In this document: positions 27,268 to 36,928 of the stretch, one piece after another
How positions within the stretch are numbered: position 1 is the first letter of the stretch
How the letters are laid out: every line of letters begins with the position of its first letter
Origin: a virus
IMG/VR virus record: IMGVR_UViG_3300045988_164453
Length of the DNA: 59,448 nt
Reading direction: 5' to 3' (one strand)
The notes under the pieces: generated by a model
Database searches by the model: none
What the model was told of the DNA's origin: nothing
The model's input: only the letters and a program-made list of their open reading frames with translations
Position numbers and translations under genes: made by a program

Positions 27268-29682
27268 TTATATATGTCTTCTTGCCCATATAAATTTTGT
27301 TCCTCTGTAAGATAAGTATGATTTCAAATTAACTATCATGACTTTCTTATAACTATATGAAGCATGTATCATTTGCCCATTTCCTATATACATACCAACA
27401 TGAGTTATTCCATTTGCTCTATCTGTTGAATAAGTATTAAAGTAAATTAAATCTCCAGCTTGTAATTGTGATGTGCTTGTTATCTTTTTACCTTGTTCGC
27501 CTTGTACATTAGAAGTTCTTTGCAATGTTATTCCTAATGCTGTTTTATACACATAGCGAGTAAATGATGAACAGTCAAATGATGTCGTAGAATTTATTGA
27601 AGCACCCCATACATAAGGTGTTCCAAGTTTAGCTTTTGCAACAGAGATTAATTTTTCCTGTTTTTTATTTAAAGGTAAATTTGAAGTAGCTGGGACTTCT
27701 TTGTATCCAGTTCCATCTCCTATTATGATATATCCATGTTTAATGCCAAATACTCTACATTCTTTGTCAGTTCTCATTAATATATCTATGTGATATACAC
27801 CATTTTTAACTACGATTTTCCCACCTCTGTCGGTTACAGTATAAGTTTTACCATCTATAAAACTTCCCGTACCACTTGGTTGTATTTTTGTTCTGAATGG
27901 AATACTCTTAGGTGCAGCGCATGTACGTTTGCTAGGGTCTAATTTTCCACCCATGCTTTGATATATTCCACCTTCTATTCCAGGTCCTGGCCAATATGCA
28001 GTAAAAATAGCTTTTACTTTCTTGCCATTTAATACTTTTTCTCCATCATTGTAATTATTATCATTGTATGTTGTTTCTTGTTTTTCTTCATCTTCTCCTG
28101 CTTCAACTTCGTTCATTAAGTTTTTATAATTAAGATTAAGCGCTATTTTATATTCTCCATTTTCCCAAGTATGAGAGTCTGTATCTATATAAAATAGTCC
28201 TTTTAATCCTGTTGATGAGTCTGTAACAGTCACACCATATCCAGTAATACAAGTGGTATCTCCATATCCATCCAAAGATGCACTTCTTTCTCTATCGTTT
28301 AATTTTTTCTTTGCTTCTTTTCTAGCACTTTCTAAATCTATAACTGTAGTAGTTGTTGTTTGGTTATTGTCAGTTACATCTGTTGATGTATTTGAATTTG
28401 ATATTTTTTTACCTCCAATAGTAACTTTTGAATACCAAGCATTTGCTTTATTTCCTCTGAGTGTATTTCCTCCACCTCTCTCAAAGCAAGCGCCAAAATA
28501 ATAACCAGCTTTATAAGCATCCGTTAACTTTATAAATTTGCTTACTCCTCCTACTTTGCTATTAAGCAATGATTTAGTTGTGCTATCTTCTCCATTTAAT
28601 TCATCCCACATATGCTGTAATTGGAGATTTAAGTTTGTCCAGCTTACTCCTTTTTTAGTAGCTTTTCTTTTCAAGCTTGCTAATCTTACTCCTAACCATT
28701 GAAATAATCCACTTGCTCCAATACTATTAACAGAACTTGTATTGAATGAGCTTTCACATTCTGCATTAGCTACTATTGCAGCTGCAACCTGTGGAGTGCA
28801 ACCTTTGCCTATACAGAAATCAAATATAGATTTTGCTATTGAATTAGTAGTATTTAATGAAAAAGAGTTGTTTTTAGTAGTTGAAGATGTAGAAGCGGAA
28901 ACTGCCATTGTTGATATTTCAGATGTTGCTGATTGTGTAGTTTCTGATGTTTGGCTTTCAGCTTTTACAACTTCTTGAAATAATCCATACAAATCTATTG
29001 AATTACTATTCTTTTCTTCTCCTATTTTATTTCCTGAGTCATCTACTATAATTACTCTATTTACTACATTCTCTATACTAGATTTATAAGTTGTTGATAT
29101 TATATTTTCTTTTTCTTTGAATTGAACATCTAACTTTATATCTCCTTTTAGGGCTGTGCATATCTCACCTTCCTTAGCATAGCACATATATTCTTTGCCA
29201 TTACTAGCATGAGAATTTGTATAAGCACTCATTATAGTGTCATACATGCTTACTCCTATAAATACTTTGCTCCATGAAACACCATCACTTACAATGCTTC
29301 CTTTTTTAAGTCCATATTTTGAATAATCATCTAGCATTTGAGTAGTTATTTGACTAGCAGTCTTGTTCTTGAAGTTGTAATTAACTTTAATATTAACTAG
29401 TTTTTGTGCATGGTCATAAGCCATGTAGCTTGTAGTATCAGTAGTTTTTTCTATACTGTATATAAATCCTCTGAACAATTCTTTTTTATTCTCATAAAAA
29501 AATACCATGTAGCCTTCTTTAATGTCGACTATTGGTATTTTTTTATCGTATTTATTTGAAATTATTGAAAATTCTAGCTTTCTTGATGCTTGTTTATAAT
29601 CTCCACTCCAAGTAACTTTTTCTACTAACTGTGTTATATCTGTTTTTTTATTATTTCTATCAACTATTTTTAGTGTTATCAT
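27268..29682 (-). CDS. XkdQ-like tail protein fused to three cell-wall hydrolase modules (lysozyme-like, 3D/DPBB, NlpC/P60)
   Basis: 804 aa; ANAECESSFN..GASGLFQW; TAYWPGPG...TVTDRGG; GTPYVWGA..FDCSSF...THVGMYIG. ATG at 29682 overlaps the upstream stop. Confidence 0.75.
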   Translation of the reverse strand: MITLKIVDRNNKKTDITQLVEKVTWSGDYKQASRKLEFSIISNKYDKKIPIVDIKEGYMVFFYENKKELFRGFIYSIEKTTDTTSYMAYDHAQKLVNIKVNYNFKNKTASQITTQMLDDYSKYGLKKGSIVSDGVSWSKVFIGVSMYDTIMSAYTNSHASNGKEYMCYAKEGEICTALKGDIKLDVQFKEKENIISTTYKSSIENVVNRVIIVDDSGNKIGEEKNSNSIDLYGLFQEVVKAESQTSETTQSATSEISTMAVSASTSSTTKNNSFSLNTTNSIAKSIFDFCIGKGCTPQVAAAIVANAECESSFNTSSVNSIGASGLFQWLGVRLASLKRKATKKGVSWTNLNLQLQHMWDELNGEDSTTKSLLNSKVGGVSKFIKLTDAYKAGYYFGACFERGGGNTLRGNKANAWYSKVTIGGKKISNSNTSTDVTDNNQTTTTTVIDLESARKEAKKKLNDRERSASLDGYGDTTCITGYGVTVTDSSTGLKGLFYIDTDSHTWENGEYKIALNLNYKNLMNEVEAGEDEEKQETTYNDNNYNDGEKVLNGKKVKAIFTAYWPGPGIEGGIYQSMGGKLDPSKRTCAAPKSIPFRTKIQPSGTGSFIDGKTYTVTDRGGKIVVKNGVYHIDILMRTDKECRVFGIKHGYIIIGDGTGYKEVPATSNLPLNKKQEKLISVAKAKLGTPYVWGASINSTTSFDCSSFTRYVYKTALGITLQRTSNVQGEQGKKITSTSQLQAGDLIYFNTYSTDRANGITHVGMYIGNGQMIHASYSYKKVMIVNLKSYLSYRGTKFIWARRHI

Positions 29683-30350
29683 TATATCACCAGCTTCCAT
29701 CCAGCTTTAATTATTGTATTTTTAGTCAATGAAGGATATTTAGATTTATTTTTTTCTATTATTTTTTTATAGCTTGATCCTTTTCCATAATATTTCTTTG
29801 CTATATCATATAGTGTATCTCCCTTTTTTACTGTATGAATTGTTTGTTTACTTTTGGTTGAAGTTTTATTTTTATTATTGTTTTTATCTTTTGAAGATGT
29901 CCTATTTTTGTTGTCAGTTTTCTTTTTAGCTGGAGTTGTTGATGATATTTTAATTTCTCTATATTCCTTTAGATTGATAGTATAATATACATCTCCTGTG
30001 CCATCTTGTTGAGAAAAGGTAAAATCAGTTATTCTTGCTTGGAAGTTTATTTCTGTGCCAGTTACTATAAATCTCATTACTTCACCATTATTCATGTAAC
30101 TTCTTATTTTAGAAACACAATCCCATTGTTTTGGATAATTAGAATAATTTACAAATTTATATTTTCTTTTTGGATTTGGGAAAAATGATGATATCTCTAT
30201 TGTTCTTAATCCTTTACCTCCAAATATTGCAACATCTCCTAATCCTGTTATATTGCTGTCATTTATTATTGCATAATCTTGTACATTTATAGTAGAAGGC
30301 AATATTGGAAATCTAAATATATGTTTATCATTTTTTAAATACATCTCCAT
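29682..30350 (-). CDS. XkdP-like LysM-domain tail protein
   Basis: C-terminal LysM HTVKKGDTLYDIAKKYYG...IIKAGWKLVI. Confidence 0.7.
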   Translation of the reverse strand: MEMYLKNDKHIFRFPILPSTINVQDYAIINDSNITGLGDVAIFGGKGLRTIEISSFFPNPKRKYKFVNYSNYPKQWDCVSKIRSYMNNGEVMRFIVTGTEINFQARITDFTFSQQDGTGDVYYTINLKEYREIKISSTTPAKKKTDNKNRTSSKDKNNNKNKTSTKSKQTIHTVKKGDTLYDIAKKYYGKGSSYKKIIEKNKSKYPSLTKNTIIKAGWKLVI

Positions 30351-30371
30351 AATGCAATATTACCTCCCTTA

Positions 30372-32420
30372 CTAAGTTATTATTTTTTGTTCATTTAATT
30401 TTCTAACTAATTTTTCTGTAAATCTATCTAAATCAGCTTCTTCTCTAAAAGTCATTCCATAGAAATTATTTACTATTTGAGGAGTATTACCTTTGCCTTG
30501 TCTCCATTTATCAGCATCTCTTCTCGGTAAAATTGCTTCTCCTTGATGCAGATTTGCTAAATAATTATTATAAGGAACTCTTCGAAGTCCTGCTGCATGG
30601 TTTCCATCTTCTGCTCCAGTTAATGACTCTGTAACCTTTCTAACTGTAGCAACTATAGGATTATTTGTGATTTTATCTTTTAATCCTTGCCATGCACTTT
30701 TTATATCACTAATTACACCTGATATTTTTTCTTTTACATTATTAAAAGCATTTATAGCAGTATTTTTAATAGCATCCATTGCATTTTTTATAGCATTTTT
30801 AATAGCATTCCATTTTTCTACTACTATAGATTTAATTGCTGATACAATAGTTGATATGGCAGTTTTTATAGCATTCCATACATTCGTAACTACTGTCTTG
30901 ATTGCATTTCCTACTACTGATACAACTGTTTTTATTTCATTCCATTTATTTTCAACTAACATTTTTATAATACTTACAATTGTGCCTATTACAGTTTTTA
31001 TTCCATTCCATATTGCAGTTACTACTGTTTTTATTGCAGTTGATATAACAGTTACAGTTGTTTTTATCTCGTTCCATTTATTTTGAATTAATGTTTTAAT
31101 AAAATTAATAATTGGTGCTAAAGCTTCTTTTAACTCATTCCATTTACTTACTACCCAATTCTTTAGTTCAGTAGCTTTTGCACAAACTGTATCCCAGTTT
31201 TTATACAATGCAACTCCTATGGCTATAAGTGCTCCTATTACGCCTATAACTATTAGAACTGGGGCGCTTAAGGCTGCAAATGCTCCTGATACAACTCCCA
31301 TAACAGTACTTATGCCAGCAAATGCTAATTTTACCGTTGTTACTACAACTATTATAGTTCCGATAATTCCTATTAGAGTTGTTATAGCTGCTACTACCAT
31401 TGTTATGCCTGATACTAATTGAGGATGTTCCTTTATAAATTCTTGAAACTTTTGAATTACTGGTTGTATAGCATCCGCAATTTGTTTTATAACTGGTGCT
31501 AATGCTTCTGCAAAAGCCGATTTAATTCCATTAATTGCTGAATTTAAAGGTGCTAATGCTGAACCTAATTCTGCTTGTGCCTTTTGTGATTCCCATAAAG
31601 ATTTATTATAATCAATCATGGATTTATTAGTTTTATCATACGTTTCTTTACTTTTTCCGTATGCTTGATTTAATGTATCTGTTATAAGTTTATTTTTTTC
31701 AGATACAGTTTTACATGCCTCTAATTTCTTATTAAAACTATCTTCACTTATTCCAGCCCAGTTCAAAGCATCTGCTAAGTTTCCTGTAACTTTACTTACT
31801 TGTGCTGTTTCAGTAATCGATTCGGTTAGTGATTCAATAGGGATACTATCTCCATATGCACTCCATACTGCTAGCGAAGCATTGATAGTTTTATCTAATT
31901 CACTTTGAGATAGCCCCATCTTTTGTAAATTGGAAACAACATTGACTGCCATCATATCATCACCAGTATACCCATATACTTGTCCAGCATTTTTATTAGC
32001 ATCTTTCTGTTTATATCCATTTTGTTTAGTTGATCCTTGTAATTTACTTTGTAGAGAATTAAATTCTTTAGTAGCTTCTGTTAAATCCATTAAGTTTTTA
32101 ACTACATCAATAATTTTTCCTCCAAATTCCATCATCTTTTGTCCAGCTTCCATAACTCCTAGAGAGTTTATCCCTCTTGCAGCTTCATTTGCAGCACTAT
32201 TGGTATCTTGTAATGATCCATTAGTATCTTTTATTGTGCTTGTTAAATCAGTCATTGAATTAGCTGTGTCCCCAGTTGCCTTTTGTACATTTTTCATAGC
32301 ACTATTTACATCACTAGATGTTTTATTTAAGTCTTTCATTTCATTTTGAATTTCATTAAGAGGTTTGCTGATTTCATCTTTTAATTTTATTACCGCTTCT
32401 AATGTTTTATCATTTGCCAT
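30372..32420 (-). CDS. Tape measure protein
   Basis: 682 aa, central TM-rich segment, 45-aa tandem repeats NKWNEIKT.V.V...AIKTVVT..WN.IKT; position after the chaperone genes. Confidence 0.8.
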   Translation of the reverse strand: MANDKTLEAVIKLKDEISKPLNEIQNEMKDLNKTSSDVNSAMKNVQKATGDTANSMTDLTSTIKDTNGSLQDTNSAANEAARGINSLGVMEAGQKMMEFGGKIIDVVKNLMDLTEATKEFNSLQSKLQGSTKQNGYKQKDANKNAGQVYGYTGDDMMAVNVVSNLQKMGLSQSELDKTINASLAVWSAYGDSIPIESLTESITETAQVSKVTGNLADALNWAGISEDSFNKKLEACKTVSEKNKLITDTLNQAYGKSKETYDKTNKSMIDYNKSLWESQKAQAELGSALAPLNSAINGIKSAFAEALAPVIKQIADAIQPVIQKFQEFIKEHPQLVSGITMVVAAITTLIGIIGTIIVVVTTVKLAFAGISTVMGVVSGAFAALSAPVLIVIGVIGALIAIGVALYKNWDTVCAKATELKNWVVSKWNELKEALAPIINFIKTLIQNKWNEIKTTVTVISTAIKTVVTAIWNGIKTVIGTIVSIIKMLVENKWNEIKTVVSVVGNAIKTVVTNVWNAIKTAISTIVSAIKSIVVEKWNAIKNAIKNAMDAIKNTAINAFNNVKEKISGVISDIKSAWQGLKDKITNNPIVATVRKVTESLTGAEDGNHAAGLRRVPYNNYLANLHQGEAILPRRDADKWRQGKGNTPQIVNNFYGMTFREEADLDRFTEKLVRKLNEQKIIT

Positions 32421-32434
32421 AATCTCACCTCCTT

Positions 32435-32632
32435 TTATTTAATATTTAGAGTAGGAAAAATATTTTTATTTTTAGATATCTTATAAAACTCTTCCGATTC
32501 TTTTCTTACAAATGCTTTTATTATAGTCTTTTCTCCAAATCCCATATTATAATATTGAGATGGCATTATATTTTTATATTTAAACAGATAGTACATTGTT
32601 GCTATTTCACTATCTGTTTCAATTAGTTTTTT
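32435..32632 (-). CDS. -1 frameshift extension of the tail assembly chaperone (63 extra codons, fused product ~195 aa)
   Basis: After the A_AAA_AAC slip the -1 frame reads LIETDSEIATMYYLFKYKNIMPSQYY...PTLNIK and stops at 32435, just before the TMP RBS. Confidence 0.65.
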   Translation of the reverse strand, partial: KKLIETDSEIATMYYLFKYKNIMPSQYYNMGFGEKTIIKAFVRKESEEFYKISKNKNIFPTLNIK

Positions 32633-33021
32633 ATTTCTTCATCTACTTTTTCTATTTTCTTTAAGTCTGATAAATTATTTATTGCATTTACTAAGTCCTC
32701 TACTTCTCCTTTAAGAAGCAATTTATTTATAAGTTCTTTTGGAGTAGCGCAATCAAAATGTTCTCTAAGTGCCTTATCCTTGAATATTGGACAACCTTCC
32801 ATTATAGTTAATACTTTTGTTTTATATACATCTATGTCTGATACGTTTCCATCTTCAATTTTTATAGCTTTCTGTTGTATTTCTGTAGCTTTTTCTGCAT
32901 TTATAGCTTGTATTTCAAATTCTAGTTCTTCACCTATTTTTTTCACATACATTTTATGTATAGCAGTTGGTGTTTCTAATGTCCCTGCGTCTATTTTCAT
33001 TAATTTATCTATTACATTCAT
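32623..33021 (-). CDS. Tail assembly chaperone (XkdN-like, gpG equivalent)
   Basis: 132 aa, located between the tube and TMP genes. Confidence 0.7.
   Translation of the reverse strand: MNVIDKLMKIDAGTLETPTAIHKMYVKKIGEELEFEIQAINAEKATEIQQKAIKIEDGNVSDIDVYKTKVLTIMEGCPIFKDKALREHFDCATPKELINKLLLKGEVEDLVNAINNLSDLKKIEKVDEEIKN
32626..32632 (-). promoter_or_regulatory. Slippery heptamer A_AAA_AAC for programmed -1 frameshifting
   Basis: Minus strand gaaATAAAAAACtaa at the end of the chaperone ORF. Confidence 0.65.
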
Positions 33022-33029
33022 AAATTACC

Positions 33030-33071
33030 TCCTAAAATAAAAATAGGCTTTAGTTAGAAACACCAAAGCCT
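33030..33071 (-). terminator. Hairpin/attenuator after the tail tube gene
   Basis: Minus strand AGGCTTT-N13-AAAGCCT followed by ATTTTTATTTT. Confidence 0.5.
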
Positions 33072-33083
33072 TTATGATATTAT

Positions 33084-33467
33084 TTATATTAAATCTATAA
33101 ATTTATATTTTGTAAAAGTGAATGGGCATTCCACTTCTCCTAATGTTTTAACTTCAAAATCAAATAAAGTTAAATCATCAAAAGATACTCCTGATATACT
33201 TATTCTTTCACTTCCTCCATTACCTGGGTCAGCTAATTTTCCAACTATTGTTACATCCGGTTCTAGGCCATCTTTCATAAAATTAGCTAACAATTTTATC
33301 ATTCTAGAGTTTGTTTTCTTAAGTGTCATAGAGCCAGTTCCACTATATCCTGTTATTTTATGTTGAGTCATCATTTCACCGCAGATATCTATATCTTCTT
33401 TGTCAAATTCTATCTTGGCTTGAAAAGCTGCTATTTCATCAACTAATACATCATTTATCCAAACTTC
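33084..33467 (-). CDS. Tail tube protein (XkdM-like), exon 2
   Basis: Starts EVWINDVLVDEIAAFQAKIEF... The track ORF (start 33488) lacks the family N-terminus and has no RBS. Exon 1 plus exon 2 gives 139 aa. Confidence 0.8.
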   Translation of the reverse strand, partial: EVWINDVLVDEIAAFQAKIEFDKEDIDICGEMMTQHKITGYSGTGSMTLKKTNSRMIKLLANFMKDGLEPDVTIVGKLADPGNGGSERISISGVSFDDLTLFDFEVKTLGEVECPFTFTKYKFIDLI

Positions 33468-34815
33468 CATTTTGTTATCATGTAGCATTTTATTCTACAT
33501 TTCTCATGGTTTCCCATGAGTCCAGACTATGTCTTCACCTTTAACTTAATAGTAAGGTAACGGGTGCTCGTGTCTCTATTATTGGTTATCTTCCGCAAGA
33601 GTTAGTCGTTGCGCCTTCCTAACTACTTTTATGATATTTGTTAGGCTCGGTTCAAAGTTGCCATAAATAAAAAAGAACCCTATAAAAGAGTTCTTAATTC
33701 ATGATATAATATTTCATCTATATTATTAAATTCCCAATATGGTATTCTTATTAATTTTATTTTATGTTGTTTGGCAAATTCACTTTTGATATTGTCCTTC
33801 ATTAAATTAGAAGCAAGTTTATTTTTAGCTTCTTTCCATCTTCCTGGTTTATAATGTAGCTCTCCATCATATTCAATTAAAAATTTTAATTTATTGTCTT
33901 TGTATATAGCAAAATCAAAAGGTAAAGTATATTTATATCTGCATTCTTTATTCCTATATTCTCTTTCGTATTGAATATGATTATTTTCAAGAAATAGTTT
34001 TATAGCATTTTCTCCTTTACTTTCTTTACAATATTTGCATCCTCCATTTCCTAATAATGTTCCTGCATTTTTTTCTGATATTTTACCACATTTAGTATGT
34101 AGACATTTTATCTTTTCTTTATCCCCTTTATATTCAGATAGTAAAATAAATTCATCTCCATACTTTTCTTTAATTTCCTTTTCAAATATTTCATGTGTTT
34201 TTCTTCTTTTGTCTCCATACTCTAAAAATGCACATGCTTTACATTTATGTCCATCTAGTATATGTTGTCCTCTAGCATAAAATTCATTACCACATCCTAA
34301 ACATTTGAATTTCATTTTGTCAGATGCCTTTGTATATTTACTTATTAATTTGCAGTTTGTATTAGAATTTGCTAATTTTTCTAAAAATTCTTTTTCACTC
34401 ATAGCATTCCAATGAGGATTGCATTTATAACATATTGGTCTTTTAAAAAAGCTATTAAATGTTACTGTTTTTATATGCCCTTCAGAACATTTTATTGTAA
34501 TTTTAGCATTTAACTTTGGATCATCTGCGTTTAGTAATTCAAATCCATTACTTTCTACTATTTCTTTTATTTTATCAAAAGTGTATTTCTTCATAAAAAT
34601 AAAACCTCCGATAGTTTTTTATTTCCGAATACTTATAAATAGGAAGGGGACTTCGGATAATCCCTTTTCGTTAAGACTCGCGACTTTCCTAACTATCCTA
34701 TACTTATATTATATCATAAATATAGTTATTATTCTTAGGTTTTCTTTGAATTCTCCCGTTTTTTAACTAAATATTTCTACTTAGTGGGGCAAAGTTGGAT
34801 AGAAGTAATACACTT
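33468..34815 (-). mobile_element. Group I intron (1348 nt) in the tail tube gene, carrying a nuclease ORF
   Basis: 5' splice site after U of ACUUGGGGU, pairing with the internal guide GCCCCA(CU)AAGU via a U.G wobble. The last intron nt is G (..AAAAUG|GAA). GC-richer structured flanks include CTCATGG-GAAA-CCATGAG. Confidence 0.8.
33680..34594 (-). CDS. Intron-encoded putative homing endonuclease: three zinc-ribbon modules plus a C-terminal Vsr/DUF559-like PD-(D/E)xK domain
   Basis: 304 aa; KCSEGH..CYKC, KCLGCG..CKAC, KCLHTKCG..CKYC; LPFDFAIY...LIEYDGELHY; own GGAGG RBS. Confidence 0.65.
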   Translation of the reverse strand: MKKYTFDKIKEIVESNGFELLNADDPKLNAKITIKCSEGHIKTVTFNSFFKRPICYKCNPHWNAMSEKEFLEKLANSNTNCKLISKYTKASDKMKFKCLGCGNEFYARGQHILDGHKCKACAFLEYGDKRRKTHEIFEKEIKEKYGDEFILLSEYKGDKEKIKCLHTKCGKISEKNAGTLLGNGGCKYCKESKGENAIKLFLENNHIQYEREYRNKECRYKYTLPFDFAIYKDNKLKFLIEYDGELHYKPGRWKEAKNKLASNLMKDNIKSEFAKQHKIKLIRIPYWEFNNIDEILYHELRTLL

Positions 34816-34851
34816 ACCCCAAGTACCATTTATTACTTCGTTAGCTTTCAA
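34816..34851 (-). CDS. Tail tube protein, exon 1 (12 codons, TTG start)
   Basis: AGGAGGTG-N7-TTG AAA GCT AAC GAA GTA ATA AAT GGT ACT TGG GGT, translating as (M)KANEVINGTWG. Confidence 0.75.
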
Positions 34852-34914
34852 TTAAAAACACCTCCTATATAAAATAAAAAAGAACTTAATAAAAATTAAG
34901 TCCTTAAAAATTGT

Positions 34915-35739
34915 TTATAAATCATATATTCCATCTTCAAGTCTTTTTATTGCAGTTTTTATTGTTTTAAAATCTACTTTCATTCTATTAGCTTCTCTAT
35001 TGATAGATGAACCATTTTTTATATTGTTAACTATTTCTATAGCCTCTTCTTTGCTGATTTTCCATTCATCTTTTCTTTTTCTTTGTGCAAAAGATCTTCT
35101 CTCTGTATTTGTAGCATAGAATAGTGGATCGGTTTTAGATTTTTCATAGATTTCTTCTATTGTTATTTTATCTCTATATAACATATTAGTAAGTCTTCTA
35201 ATAGAAATACCTAAATATTCTGCTATATTTTTAGTGCCTTTAATTCCGTGAAATTGTAATATATCTCTTTTATTATTGGCTTGAGTATATATATCTACCC
35301 ATCTACAATTAGAAGGTTCGTAATCACCATCATTATCTATCCTATCTATACTTAAATTATCTGTATATCCATTTTCTAATGACCATTTATACATATGTTG
35401 TATAGAATTAAATTTAAATTTAATTCCTCTTGCTCCATAATCTTTATATGAAGTATTTTTAGGATTTTCGCATCTAGCTTTTGCACCTTTACATATTCCA
35501 TAAAGTCTTCTGTTTTTAGCCCACATTCCATGTTTTGTAACTAATTGTTGTTGTGATTTTTTTGCACATTCATCACAATAAGGACCGCCATTTTTAGATG
35601 TTTTAACACTTGATGTAAGACTTGATTTGGTTCTATATACTATGTTTCCACAATCGCATTTACATTTATAAACAACATAAGAATTTTTTCTTTTGTCAGT
35701 CGATTCTATAATTGTTAAGTGCCCGTATCTTTCTTCCAT
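34915..35739 (-). CDS. Free-standing HNH-type endonuclease between the sheath and tube genes
   Basis: 274 aa; CKCDCGN..CDEC zinc motif; LSIDRIDNDGDYEPSNCRWVDIYTQANN; C-terminal HTH-like region. Confidence 0.7.
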   Translation of the reverse strand: MEERYGHLTIIESTDKRKNSYVVYKCKCDCGNIVYRTKSSLTSSVKTSKNGGPYCDECAKKSQQQLVTKHGMWAKNRRLYGICKGAKARCENPKNTSYKDYGARGIKFKFNSIQHMYKWSLENGYTDNLSIDRIDNDGDYEPSNCRWVDIYTQANNKRDILQFHGIKGTKNIAEYLGISIRRLTNMLYRDKITIEEIYEKSKTDPLFYATNTERRSFAQRKRKDEWKISKEEAIEIVNNIKNGSSINREANRMKVDFKTIKTAIKRLEDGIYDL

Positions 35740-35826
35740 AAAAACACCTCCATAATATCTTTATTTATATTATAGACATTTTATGGAAATATTATACGAA
35801 TACTCTATTTTATTTACTCAATGGTG

Positions 35827-36912
35827 TCATATAAAACATCTGATGCTAATACTTTCGATCGCATCAAGAATTTTACATTCTACTGCTATAAACACTTGAT
35901 CTCCTGTATTTGCTTCTCTTATCTGTTGATCGCTCATAGTAGAGATACTAACTCCATTTGATTTTAAGTATTTCTTTTGTTCTTCCATATCTATATCAAC
36001 TGTTACTGTATTTTTTTCAACTAGTCCATCATTAATCAATCCATCAAAATAACCATGGATAGCTGTAATTAGTAATACTTTATTATCATAACTGTTACTT
36101 AATTTCCCAATATATGCATCTCTTGCAGTTTTTCTTATATCATTTGCTATTAAGTCCATTATGTCAACAGTCTTAATTTTTTGAAATAAATCACCTTTAC
36201 TTTGTATATCTGTTACAGTTGTATCAGATACAGTAGTTAAGCTGTTTACTCCTCTTGCCACTTTTATTCTTCCTGATTCTTTATAAAGAATAAATTCGCC
36301 TTTCCCTACTTTTTCAGTTGTTTCAGTTCTTGATTCATAAGGTATCAAATCAACTTCTGGTACAGAAGTATAAGTGGTTGACATTCTTAAATCTGTTCCA
36401 GCTATTAATCCTGCAACTCTTGCAGTAAATTCAGCAGCAGTATAAGTTTTTTCTCCTACAACTACTCCACTTTGAGTTACATTTATTATTCCTTCATAAT
36501 CAGCTGTTTCATTAGCTAATACTGCCTTAACCATATTTCCTAAATTTCTTTGCGATTTAACCCATGTTACTATTGCTGTTTTATCTTCATCTACAGCTGA
36601 TGGGTAGCATAAATAGTCAAATTGTGTATTTTCAAAATAACTTAAAGCATCTTGTAAAGTTAATTCTCCACTTATAATGTATAGTTCTAATCTTAGTGGT
36701 GCACTTGTATTTCCTATTAAAGCATTCGTTATAAGTTGCTTATTATTATCTGTAACATCACTAGGTATATCAGTTACATCAACTATAGTTGCAGGAGATA
36801 TAGCTTTTTCTTCCTTTATTATCATTGCAACTATACCTCTGGATCCTCTGCTTATAGCAGTAATACCTTCTTGTATAAATTTAATACTTATACTTGGTAA
36901 TCCTAAAGCCAT
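35827..36912 (-). CDS. Tail sheath protein (XkdK-like)
   Basis: 361 aa; position upstream of the tube gene; FTARVAGLIAGT, ILYKESGRIKVARGVNS. Confidence 0.8.
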   Translation of the reverse strand: MALGLPSISIKFIQEGITAISRGSRGIVAMIIKEEKAISPATIVDVTDIPSDVTDNNKQLITNALIGNTSAPLRLELYIISGELTLQDALSYFENTQFDYLCYPSAVDEDKTAIVTWVKSQRNLGNMVKAVLANETADYEGIINVTQSGVVVGEKTYTAAEFTARVAGLIAGTDLRMSTTYTSVPEVDLIPYESRTETTEKVGKGEFILYKESGRIKVARGVNSLTTVSDTTVTDIQSKGDLFQKIKTVDIMDLIANDIRKTARDAYIGKLSNSYDNKVLLITAIHGYFDGLINDGLVEKNTVTVDIDMEEQKKYLKSNGVSISTMSDQQIREANTGDQVFIAVECKILDAIESISIRCFI

Positions 36913-36928
36913 TTATTTCACTCTCCTT

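Noticed and set aside
30700-31100. Regular ~135-nt periodic repeats, considered as a CRISPR-like or DGR template/variable pair
   Set aside because: The repeats are in frame within the tape measure protein (45-aa NKWNEIKT... units) and contiguous, with no unique spacers. No cas gene or reverse transcriptase exists in the genome.
30667-32349. Several 60-139-aa plus-strand ORFs inside the tape measure gene
   Set aside because: They are shadow ORFs on the opposite strand of a long, clearly coding gene.
33489-33680. GC-richer patch, first considered as a tRNA or riboswitch
   Set aside because: No cloverleaf could be drawn. It is the 3' catalytic part of the tube-gene group I intron; the same applies to 34595-34815.
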